From NCBI RefSeq assembly GCF_046119375.1, contig NW_027363230.1, forward strand, positions 310,001 to 374,000: a DNA stretch of 64,000 bases, in the 5' to 3' direction. The position numbers were made by a program, and so were the translations under genes. A model generated the notes under the pieces. The model did no database searches, was not told the DNA's origin, and worked only from the letters and a program-made list of their open reading frames with translations. This DNA is from Phyllobates terribilis. Lineage: Eukaryota. The first letter of the stretch is position 1. Each line of letters begins with the position of its first letter. Below are positions 1-12,600 of the stretch, piece by piece.

Positions 1-504
1 TAAATGTCTCAAATTTCTGTGTGTGAATCAGACCTGAGATCTAACGTGATAGAAGATTACAGTCCGGAATCATATAGACGGCCGGTGGTGATCTAGTGGG
101 TGACAGGACTCTGGCCAAATATGTTTCTAGAGCTGTAGTTGAAGATCAAAATGTCATCCTCATCATGAAGTAGTTATTTGTCATGTGACGTGTAATGAAT
201 ATCTCCTGCAGTATTGCTAATGCCGATTCCAGTGTCCGTAAATGAGACGAGAATTAGCGTTATGGAAGATGAGTCTATGAGAAACGTGTTCAGCTGCCGA
301 CTCCAAGGAAGAAACTGCTTGTTGTCTGTGGCCTAAAATATATAGGTTTTATTACTAGATGTAAAGAAGAAAACAAAATAGTAAATCTCATATATTTCCC
401 TTATTATCTCCAGTGATTGTATTATTACACAGGATTTTTATGAATTTACATCGGCTCATCTTCTCATTCAGGTCTCTACAATATCGGATCCTCTAAATAA
501 GAAA

Positions 505-606
505 ATGTTTCTGCTTCATCCATTAAGCATGGATATGGACAGGGACAAGATGGCGGAGAGGATATTACACCTCACCCTGGAGATCCTCTTTCGTCTTACT
601 GGAGAG
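505..606 (+). CDS. ZNF coding exon 1 ([34 protein letters not shown])
   Basis: Acceptor ttctcattcAG at 470-471, ATG at 505/529, donor GTGAGA at 607. Confidence 0.75.
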
Positions 607-3600
607 GTGAGAGATTCTGATGACGTCACATTACATCATTCTTATCTATGGGAATAAGAGATGGACAGAACTGGAGAGGTGAGGACTCTGGAAATGTCTG
701 TAGTGGTATTTATTAATGTCTCTCCATAACCAGGATTACACAGTAGTGAAGAAGACCTCTAATGAGCACTGTCAGGATCCTGTGTCTGAGGGATGGGGAA
801 GACCCCTGAGCCCAATCACGGGGCCTCCACCTCACCCCCTGATGCATGAGGACATCAATGACCAGAAGATCCTAGAACTCACCTACAAGATGATTGAGCT
901 GCTGACTGGAGAGGTGACACTGCTGGGAATGCTGGGACTTTATACAGTAACGCTGTGAAGGGATCGGGGGGGTAACGGTATCATTGTATGTGTCAGGCTT
1001 CTATAAGATGTCAGGATGTCGCTGTCTATTTCTCCATGGAGGAGTGGGAGTATTTAGAAGGACACCAATATCTGTACAGGGACATCAAGATGGAGGTTCC
1101 CCAGCCCCTCACATCAACAGGTAATAAGACAGAACTAAATACACTTGGCCTATTATCTGTATGTAAAGAATGAATTCAGTCCCTGTATGTGTTTTCCTTC
1201 AGATCTATCTAGTGAGAGGACAACACCAGAGAGATGTCCTCATCCTCTTCTTCCACAGGACTGTAAACCTGAAGATCCCGATGTTCCTCAGGATCATCAG
1301 GTAGATGGAGAGAATGTATCATGAGATCTCCCCTATGATGTGTAGATGGCTGTGAAGGTCTTGTGCTCAGTCTTGTTTTATCCACCAGTATTATATGTTT
1401 TATACTTGTGTAATGAGAATGGTGGAGATGGCAGGATTAGAGCTGATCATAGATGTGAATTCTCCATCTGTCTGTGACTGTTACGGATCCGGGTGTGAAA
1501 CCTCTGTGCTGTGATACAAGGAGGGACCAGAGCGGCGTAACTAAGTGCCTACCCTGACTGACCCTGGCCACACGGCGGCTTAGTCGACTCCGTGAACCAA
1601 GGAGGGACCGGGAAGGTGAACCAGGTGCCACTCTGGGACCGACCTTGTGCGAGAGCAGGCGACTCCCACGGGACTGATGGCCGAAGCCGACAGGCACAGC
1701 AGATGAGCACGGCTGGTAGACAGGCAGGTGATGCGGGTAGACAAGCAGGTGGGCAAGGCTGATAGGCAGGCGGGCACTGGAACCTGAGGGCTGAGGAGAG
1801 TGTTAGCACACAAACAATAACCTTGCACAGGCACCTCAATTTTGGAGGTGCCTAATATAGGAGCAGTCCTCCGGCCATTGGCCGGGGACTCTTTTTAGGA
1901 CTGATCGCGCGGCCCCTTTAAGAGGGAAGGAGCTCACGCGCGTGCGCCCAAAGAACAGTGCATGGAGAACTGCGTGTGGTGCACACACCCCATGCAGATG
2001 CAGCAGGGGAGCCGGAAGACGCCTGACCGGGACCGCGGTGGTGAGGGGATCGGCGTCTCTGCCTGGCAGGAGGCAGAGACGCCGACGCTACAGTACCCCC
2101 TCCTCTACGCCACATCTTCTTTAGGCTCGCAAGAATTTTTTCTAGAAGACAAGGAGCATGAATGTTCTCCCTGGGCTCCCAAGACCTCTCCTCAGGACCA
2201 AACCCCTTCCAATCCACAAGAAAGTCTTTCCTCTTACCCTCTTGATGGCCAAAATATTCTCTACCTCAAAGACGTCCTCAGTGGAGACTGGAGCTGGAGT
2301 GGTACCTGGATCGTCAGAGAAAGGATTAAGGACAATAGGCTTGTGGAGAGACACATGAAAGGAATTGGGAATCCTTAAGGAGGCAGGGAGTTTCAGCTTG
2401 TACGCCACTGGATTTATTTGGTTCAGGATCTAGAAAGAACCGATGAAACCCAGGCCCAACTTGTATGATGGTATCTTGAGATGGACATATTTGGAGGAAA
2501 GCCAGACCTTGTCTCCCGGATGAATTGAGGTGGATCCAGACGTCTCTTATCAGCATGCTTCTTCATCCGTTCGGAGGACTGAAGAAGCGCGGATCAAGTG
2601 TCTCAAATTCACTGACGAGAGATTCCGCGGCAGGATTGTCCACTGAAGAAGAGATGGGAAACGGAATTCGGGGGTGTCAACCGTAAACCACAAAAAACGG
2701 AGACTTAGCAGCGGACTCGCTCACATGATTGTTATAAGAAAACTCGGCCCAAGGCAGAAGTTCTACCCAATCGCTATGATGAGCGTTGACAAAGTGCCGA
2801 AGAAAACTGGTAAGGATCTGATTAATACGTTCCATTGGACTGAGGATGATAGGCTGAAGAAAAGTCCAAAGAGACATCCAGCAGCTTGCACGTGGCTCTC
2901 CAGAAGCGAGAAGTGAACTGAACTCCTCTGTCTGAGACCATGTGGAGGGGTAAGCCTTGGAGACGAAAGATGTGACGGATGAAGTCCTTAGCCAGCACCG
3001 ATGCGGACGGAAGACCAGGCAAAGGAATGAAGTGAGCCATCTTGGAGAACCGGTCAGCGACCACCCATATGACGGTAGAAACGACAGATACCGGAAGATC
3101 AGTCATGAAGTCCATAGCAATGTGTTGCCAAGGAGCAGAAGGCACGGGTAGAGGAAGAAGACGACCAGCTGGGAGGTGCCTGGGTATCTTGTTACAGGCA
3201 CAGGAGGAACAGGCCACGACAAAATCCGCAACATCCTTGTGCAGGGTGGGCCACCAATAATGTCTGGCAATGAGCAGAAGCGTCTTCCTCTGGCCGGCAT
3301 GACCAGCCAGTTTGGCCGAATGACCCCAGAGTAAGACCCTCTTCCGATCCTGAGCCGCTACAAAGGTCTTACCAGGAGCTAGATGAGACAGGTCAAACGG
3401 AGCAACAGTCATTATACTGGAGGGGTCAATAATGTGTAGAGGCTCCTCCTCTCGATCGGTAGACAGAAAAGAGCAGAATAGAGCTTCAGCTTTAATATTC
3501 TTGTCTGCCGGGCGGAAATGGAGAGTGAAGCTGAAACGAGCAAAGACCATCTGGCCCGGCCCGGATTTAATCTTTGGGCGGTCTGCAAGTAAGCGAGGTT

Positions 3601-6600
3601 TTTATGGTGAATGTAGATGACCACCGAGTGCAAGTAGCGCCACTCCTCCAGCGCTAATTTGATGGCCATCAGTTCTCGATTTCCTATGGAGTAATTGAGC
3701 TCGGACGAAGAAAAGAGTTTGGAGAAGAAGCCACAGGTCACCATTCGCCCGGACGAGGATTTCTGGGTGAGCACTGCTCCGGCCCCGGAGGAAGTGGCGT
3801 CAACCTCCAGGAAGAACTGTTTATTGCAATCTGGACGATGTAGCACAGGAGCGGAGGAGAAGGCTTGATTAAGAGAAACAAAGGCACTTTCCGCCTCGGA
3901 AGTCCATTCCCTGGGATTTGCTCCTTTACGGGTGAGAGCAGAGATGGGAGCAGTCCGGGAGGAGAAATAAGGAATGAAGAGGCGGTAATAGTTAGCGAAT
4001 CCCAGAAACCACTGAATATCCTTAAACCCCTCAGGTCGGGGCCCCTTTAAGACAGCAGACACCTTCTCGGGATCCATCCGCAGTCCGGTCTCAGAGATGA
4101 TATTCCCCAAAAATGGTAGGGAGGTCTGGTCAAAGAGGCATTTCTCGTACTTAGCATACAGACGATTCTTCCGGAGCCTCAGCAGTACCTGACGAACATC
4201 CTTCCGGTGAGAGGGAGGTCAGGGGAGAACACCAAGATATCGTTCAGGCACACCACCATGCGGGAATACAGGAGATCTCGGAAGATGTCATTCACTAACT
4301 TTTGGAAGACGGCTGGAGCATTAGAGACCGAAGGGCATCACGCGGTACTCGTAGTGACCATCCCAAGTGTTGAATGCCGTCTTCCACTCGTCTACCTGGC
4401 GAATCTGGACCAGATTGTACGCCCCACGAAGATCGAGCTAAGTGAAGATCTTTGCACCTTTTAGACGGTCAAACAGCTCCGAGATGAGAGGCATGGGGTA
4501 CTTATTTTTGATGGTAATCTTGTTTAGGCCCCTATAGTCCATACATGGACGAAGAGAGCCATCTTTCTTTTTGACGAAGAAGAATCCTGCTCCAGCCGGA
4601 GAGGTGGATTTCTGGATAAATCCCCTAGCAATATTCTCTTCTATGTATTCAGACATAGCACGGGTCTCGGCCAGCGACAAGGGGTAGATTCGCCCGCGGG
4701 GAGGTGAAGCACCAGGTATTAGGTCGATGGGGCAATCATACGGCCTATGAGGTGGTAGTGTCTCTGCCTCCTTTTTATCAAAGATGTCTGCTTATGACCA
4801 GTAGGGTGCCGGCAGACCAGGTAGGTTAGCTTGAGTAGACGGAGGTCAAACAGGACGAATCGGAACCAGACAGGACTTATGACATTCCTGACCCCAATGG
4901 AGCACCTCACCCGAGCTCCAATTCAGGACGGCCTCATGTCTCTGTAACCAAGGCAGGCCAAGCAAGAGGGGATAAGAGAGACCGGACAGCATGTAAAAGG
5001 AGACCCTCTCCGAATGTAGCATTCCCACCTGAAGAGTTACAGGCTCAGTGACAAACAAGATGGTCTCAGAGAAAAGCTTTCCATCCACAGAGGAAACCGC
5101 TAAAGGATCAGCCAGACGTATGGTAGAAATCTGATATCGCTCCACAACGGCCTGTTGAATAAGGTTCCCAGTGGCTCCGGAATCCAGATAGGCAGTCTCG
5201 AAGAAGCGGGTCTCATCACTGGTAACTGAAACGGACAGAGTCAAAGGTGGAGAGGAAGAACTTTGGCCTAGGACGACCTCTCCAAGCGGTCCTAGACACT
5301 GGAGTTTCCCGGTCTCACCGGACAGGTGCAGATTGGATGCTCTATACTGCCACAGTAGAAGCAACTCCCCTCGGCACGGCTGATCTCCTGCTCAGACTTG
5401 ACCATGTTAACTTGGTCTATTTGCATAGACTCTGGAGAAGACACCGGAGGGGATGCTGGTTGTGAGACTGGCCTTTGGAAGGTCAGTGCGAGGCGCAGGG
5501 GCCTCCTCTCACGGGTCTTGTTCTTTAGAACGCTCCTGAAAACGGATGTCGATCCGTGTAGCTAATGACACCAGGTCGTCCAGAGAGGGAGGTATGTCAC
5601 GACCGGCTAGATCATCCTTGATCCGTCCGGAAAGGCCCTCCCAAAAGGTGGACACCAGAGCCTCATTGTTCCAGGCAAGTTCAGATGCGAGGGTGCGGAA
5701 ACGCGCGGCATACTGTCCCACAGAGAGACTCCCTTGGCGGAGTCGGAGAAGAGAAGAGGCAGTCGAAGATTTTCGTCCAGGCTCATCGAACACCTTCCAG
5801 AAAGCCGCGAGGAAGGCCTGGAGGTCGGACACCAGAGGATCCCCTCTCTCCTACAGAGGGTTAAGCCACGCCAACGCCTCTCCGGTGAGATGAGACATGA
5901 TGAATGCCACCCTGGCCCGGTCGGAGGTGAACTGGTGTGCCAGGAGTTCAAAGTGCAGCGTGCACTGATTAATGAAGCCATAGGGCAGGGTGACCACCGA
6001 AACGTGGAGGAGCAGAAAGCTGGGGTCCTAAGCCGGATGCCACAGCGGCACTAGGTTGAGGTGTCGTCGGAGCGGGTGCCGCTTGGTTAGAGGCGGACAC
6101 AGTCTGGGTGAACAGCGCATCCAAGTGGGAGTTGACTGTCCGCAGATAGGACAAGATAGTATCCTGTTGGGATCTCTGGTGAGACACCTCTTGGTACAGG
6201 TCTGAGAACGAAGGAGCCTGGGAGACACCGGATTCCATGGCCTGTGCAAACTGTTACAGATCTGAGTGGTGGAACCTCTGTGCTGTGACACAAAGAGGGA
6301 CCAGAGGGGCGTAACTAAGTGCCTACCTGGACCAACCCTGGCCAGACGGCGGCTTAGTCAACTCCGTGAACCAAGGAGGGACCGGGAAGGTGAACCAGGT
6401 GCAACTCTGGGACCGACCTTGTGTGTGAGCAGGCGACTCCCATGGGACTGATGGCCGAAGCCGACAGGCACAGCAGATGAGCACGGCTTGTAGAAAGGCA
6501 GGTGATGCAGGTAGACAAACAGACGGGCACAGCAGATACACAGGCAGGCGAGCACAGCTGATAGACAGGCTGGCGGGCACTGGAACCTGAGGGCTGAGGA

Positions 6601-9600
6601 GAGTGTTAGCACGCAAACAACAACCTTGCATCGGCAACTTCATTTTCGAGGAGGTGCCTAATATAGGAGCAGTCATCCGGGCCATTGGCTGGGGACTCTT
6701 TAGGACAGCAAGAACAGTGTCCGGGGAACTGCGCGTGCTGCGCACACCCCGGGCAGATGCAGCAGGGGAGCCGGAAGACGCCGGGACAGCGGCTGTGAGG
6801 GGATCGGTGTCTCTGCCCGGCAGGAGGCAAAGACGCCGACGCTACAGTGACTTTTACAATATTTGTTTCAGGGTGAAGATCTGACCCATATTAATACCAC
6901 AGAGACATATGTGAGGGGAGATGAGAAGTGTAAAGAGGAGATTCCTACATATGACTACCCAGGTGAGTAGTAACCACTAAATACAGAGAAGTCACAGATT
7001 TTTCTCAGATAATAGTGTAGAAAACCGCAACACTGGTGGAATAGGTGCGCAAGTAGGGTCCAAAGCCATTCAAAAAGCAAATGAAACTTGACAGGCATAA
7101 TTTTAAAGTATTTAATTGCAGTCCAACACAGGTACAATTGTTTTGGTCCTCAAGACCTTCATCAGTGTGTGCTGCAGCATAAAGAAATAAAAGTAAAAAC
7201 TACATATATCAGACAAAAGCATAAAAAGTACTAGAAACAAACTGTCATAAGGTATTTCTGAAATTCATAATTATCTGAAAATCAAAAACATTGCAATAGA
7301 GTGCACATAATGGCTGTATAATAAGTGTGACCTACCAGACTGCTAGGAATATAGTTAAAGGTGAAAGCAGGAAGTACACAGTGTCTCAGTGGATAGACAG
7401 GATCTAGGGAGACAAACAGCCATAAGAACACCAGCCTCATAATGATTATCCAATAGGTACCAGCAGATATACAGTGGGTACGGAAAGTATTCAGACCCCT
7501 TTAAATTTTTCACTCTTTGTTTCATTGCAGCCATTTGGTAAATTCTAAAAAGTTCATTTTTTCTCATTAAAGTCCACTCTGCACCCCATCTTGACTGAAA
7601 AAAAACAGAAATGTAAAATTTTTTGCAAATTTATTAAAAAAGAAAAACTGAAATATCACACGGGCATAAGTATTCAGACCCTTTGCTCAGTATTGAGTAG
7701 ATGCCCCCTTTTGAGCTAGTACAGCCATGAGTCTTCTTGGGAATGATGCAACAAGTTTTTCACAGCTGGATTTGGGGATCCTCTGCCATTCTTCCTTGCA
7801 GATCCTCTCCAGTTCCGTCAGGTTGGAGGGTGAACGTTGGTGGACAGCCATTTTCAGGTTTCTCCATAGATGCTCAATTGGGTTTAGGTCAGGGCTCTGG
7901 CTGGGCCAGTCAAGAATGGTCACAGAGTTGTTCTGAAGCCACTCCTTTGTTATTTTAGCTGTGTGCTTAGGGTCATTGTCTTGTTGGAAGGTGAACCTTT
8001 GGCCAAACCTGAGGTGCAGAGCACTCTGGAAGAGGTTTTCATCCAGGATATGTCTGTACTTGGCCGCATTCATGTTTCCTTCAATTGCAACCAGTCGTCC
8101 TGTGCCTGCAGCTGAAAAACACCCCCACAGCAAGATGCTGCCACCACCATATTGCACTGTTGGGATTGTATTGGGCAGGTGATGAGCAGTGCCTGGTTTT
8201 CTCCACACATACCGCTTAGAATTATCACCAAAAAATTCTATCTTTGTCTCATCAGACCAGAGAATCTTATTTCTCATAGTCATAGGTTTTGAGCAAACTC
8301 TATGCGGGCTTTCATATGTCTTGCACTGAGGAGAGGCTTCCGTCGGGCCACTCTGCCATAATGGCCCGACTGGTGGAGGGCTGCAGTGATAGTTGACTTT
8401 GTGGCACTTTCTCCCATCTCCCCACTGCATCTCTGGAGCTCAGCCACAGTGATCTTGGGGTTCTTCTTTACCTCTCTCACCAAGGCTCTTCTCCCACGAT
8501 TGCTCAGTTTGGCTGGACGGCCAGGTCTAGGGAGACTTCTGGTGGTCCCAAACATCTTCCATTTAAGGTTCCTAAGAGCACAGTGGCCTCCATAATCCTT
8601 GAGTAATGCAGAAATTCTTTTATAACCTTGGCCAGATCTGTGCCTTGCCACAATTCTGTCTCTGAGCTCCTTGGGCAGTTCCTTTGAGCTCATGATTCTC
8701 ATTTGGTCTGACATGCACTGTGAGCTTTGAGGTCTTATATAGACAGGTGTGCGCCTTTCCAAATCAAGCCCTATCAGTTTAATTAAATACAGCTGGACTC
8801 CAATGAAGGAGTAGAACCATCTCAAGCAGGATCACAAGGAAATGGACAGCATGTGACTTAAATATGAGTGTCTGAGCAAAGGGTCTCAATACTTATGACC
8901 GTGTATTTCAGATTTTCTTTTTTAATTTGCAAAAAATTCTACATTTGTTTTTTTTCAGTCAAGATGGGGTGCAGAGTGTACTTTAATGAGAAAAAAATGA
9001 ACTTTTTAGAATTTACCAAATGGCTGCAATGAAACAAAAAGTGAAAAATTTAAAGGGGTCTGAATACTTTCCGTACCCACTGTATGTAGAAACATACCCA
9101 GTAGTGAGAGCAGGAAGTATGACAGGTGTGGAATGTGGTATTCCCCGCTGGTTCCTAAGGTCGCCATGTCAAGGGAGGAGAAAGCCTAGTATATGTGGTC
9201 AGAGGGCAGGACCTAATGTCCCAGGAGACCAGTCAGGGTGAACCGCTAGTGTAACGTTCCTGGAAGTGGACTGAAGCGATAGGAGGCGGTGTCTGGATAG
9301 CAGTGACGTCACCGGAAATGACGACATGTCGAGCGCCGCTAACGATTGCCTGAAGGCTTAGGAGGAGGCGTGGCTGGAGAAACTGAGGGCGAACGTGCGT
9401 TCCACGGTGCAGGATGTGCATGTCAGAGGCTGTGTCATGCGTTGCAACAGCAACGGTGTTCTGAGTGGGTGGAGTGCGTTCCAGAACAGGGGAGTTTGCA
9501 TTTCACTATGTGATGAGGGATGGAGGTCGTGCAGGACAAAAAAATAATAAGCCTGGAAATGTGACAGGAGGTGAACATGTGTAAGTGGATCAGCCTGTGG

Positions 9601-12600
9601 GTAGTGGAGGATGATGATCAGTGATTAAAATAAGGAGAAGCCGTTCTGCAACATAAAGAATGCAAAATAAATACCATGATAATGAAAGAAAATCCCTTAA
9701 ATGACATGCAAATACTGTATCTCAAAACACATATAAGTACACTCCAACAGTGAAAAACTCAAGGCTGAGAACAATGTGGTACAACTTATGCAGTTCTCTC
9801 TAAAATTATCACAGGAATGATAATAAAACATAATCCCTATTGAGCCCCCTGGGGGTAAGGGTTTGATGTTCATGGATCCAAAAGGCCTCCCTTACTTCAG
9901 TAGGCGTACACGTTCACCTCCTCGTGTAGGGGAAGCACCTGTTCAATGACCTGGAACTTGAGTTGAGATATGTTATGGCCTAATGTAACGAAATGTTGTA
10001 GCAAGAGTAGTAGTAGATTCTTACATCTAATTGTGGACTTATGCTTGTGGTTGTGTCGTCTCACCAATGTATGCCAGACCACAAGGGCATTTAATGAGGT
10101 ATACTATGAAGTTGGTGTAACAGGTAAAATACCCTGTGACCGGGTATTGTTTACCGGTATGGGGATGGTAAATGGTGTTCCCATGTAGGACGTTGTTGCA
10201 TTGGTGGCACTGCAAGCAGTGGAAGGTTCCCCTTAGGAATTTGTAAAAAACGTTGTTTGACCCCTGTATGTTTGGGGCCCTCGTCGACATGAATCCTTGA
10301 GATTGGGTGCCCGATTGAAACACGGAAAAAATGATTATTGGAACTCTGGGATGTGGGGATAAGCAGATTGTAGGATGTGCCAATGTTTCCGGATGGTTTT
10401 GTGCAAAATGTATGCAAACGGATGGTAATTGTAACATAGTAACATAGTTTTTAAGGTTGAAGGAAGACTAAGTCCATCTAGTTCAACCCATAGCCTAACA
10501 TGTTGATCCAGAGGAAGGCAAAAAAAAACCATGTGGCAAACACTACGCTCCACATTGGGGAAAAAAATTCCTTCCCGACTCCATACGACAATCAGACTAG
10601 TTCCCTGGATCAACGCCCTATCAAGGAATCTAGTATTTATAACCTGTAATATTATACTTTTCAAGAAAGGCATCCATGCCCTTCTTAAATGTTATTAGTG
10701 AATCACTCATTGCAACATCATGCGGCAGAGAGCTCCATAGTCTCACTGCTCTTACAGTAAAGAATCCCCGTCTGTGATTATGATTAAACCTTCTTTCCTC
10801 CAGTCGTAGAAGATGCCCCCTTGTCCCCGTCTCAGGCCTCAGAGTAAAAAGATCAGTAGAAAGGTCTTTGTACTGTCCCCTCATATACTTGTATATAGTA
10901 ATAAGATCACCCCTAAGCCTTCTTTTTTCCACAGTAAATAACCCCAAGTGTAATAACCTGTCTTGGTATTGCAGACCCCCCAGTCCCCTAATAACCTTGG
11001 TCGCTCTTCTCTGCTCTAGTTCAGCTATGTCTTTCTTATACACCGGAGACCAGAACTGTACACAGTATTCTAAGTGTGGTCGCACTAATGACTTGTATAG
11101 AGGTAAAATTATCTTCTCCTCATGAGCATCTATGCTTCTTTTAATGCATCCCATTATTTTATTTGCCTTTGCAGCAGCTGCCTGACACTGGCCACTAAAC
11201 GTGAGCTTGTCGTCCACCAATACACCCAGGTCTTTTTCAGTTACAGTTTTGCCCAGTGTTTTACAATTAAGCATATAATTATACATTTTATTTCCTCTGC
11301 CCAAGTGCATTACCTTACATTTATCCCTATTAAAGCTCATTTGCCATTTATCAGCCCAAGCTTCTAGTTTACATAGATCCTCCTGTAATATAAAATTGTC
11401 CTCCTCTGTATTGATTACCCTGCAGAGTTTAGTGTCATCTGCAAATATTGAAATATTACTCTGTATGCCCCCTACAAGGTCATTAATAAATATGTTAAAA
11501 AGAAGGGGGCCCAATACTGACCCCTGTGGTACCCCGCTGTTAACTGAGACCCAGTCTCAGTGTGTTCCATTAATAACCACCCTTTGTTTCCTATCACTGA
11601 GCCAATTCTTAACCCACATACATATATTTTCCCCTATCCCCATTGTTCTCATTTTATGTATCAACCTTTTGTGTGGAACCATATCAAAAGCTTTTGAAAA
11701 GTCCATATACACAACATCCACTGCATTTCCTTGGTCCAGTCCGGAACTTGCCTCCTCATAAAAACTGATCAGATTAGTTTGACAGGAACGGTCCCTCGTA
11801 AACCCATGTTGATATTGGGTCGTGAGGTTATTCTTCTTGAGATACTCTATTATAGCATCTCTTAGGAAACCCTCCAGGATTTTACCCACAGTAGAGGTTA
11901 AGCTTACCGGCCTATAATTTACAAGTTCAGTTTTTGTCCCTTTTTTGAATATTGGCACCACATTTGCTATACGCCAGTCCTGTGGTACAGACCCTGTTAT
12001 TATGGAATCTTTAAAGATTAAAAATAATGGTCTATCTATGACGTTACTTAATTCCTGCAGTACTCGCGGGTGTATCCCATCCGGGCCCGGGGATTTGTCA
12101 ACTTTAGTGATTTTTAGACACCGCCGTACTTCCTGCTGGGTTAAGCAAGTGACATTTAATGGAGAATTTTTGTTGTCACTAATCATGTTTTCTGTCATGC
12201 GATTTTCTTGTGTAAATACGGTTGAAAAAAAATCATTTAGCATATTGGCTTTTTCCTCATCCTCATCCACCATTTCACCCAGACTATTTTTAATGGGGCC
12301 AACACTATCATTTTTTAGTTTTTTACTATTTATGTAGTTAAAGAATATTTTGGGGTTATTTTACTTTCTCTGGCAATGATTCTCTCTGCCTCAATCTTTG
12401 CTGCCTTGATTTGTTTTTTTACAGAATTTATTTAATTTTCTATATTTATTTAATGCCCCATCACTACCTACTTGCTTTAGTTCTCTAAATGCTTTCTTTT
12501 TGTCACTTATTGCGCCCCTTACAGCTCTATTTAGCCATAGTGGTTTCCTCCTATTTCTAGCATGTTTATTCCCAGAGGGTATATATTGTGCACAGGTCCT

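Larger units (their letters stand above)
1479..6846 (-). mobile_element. Ty3/Gypsy chromovirus (Tf1/sushi group) LTR retrotransposon, full length but decayed
   Basis: TG..CA LTRs at 1479-2092 and 6252-6846, 5-bp TSD GTGAC (1474-1478 / 6847-6851), PPT next to the 3' LTR (2096-2106), gag-PR-RT-RH-IN-chromodomain order. Confidence 0.95.
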
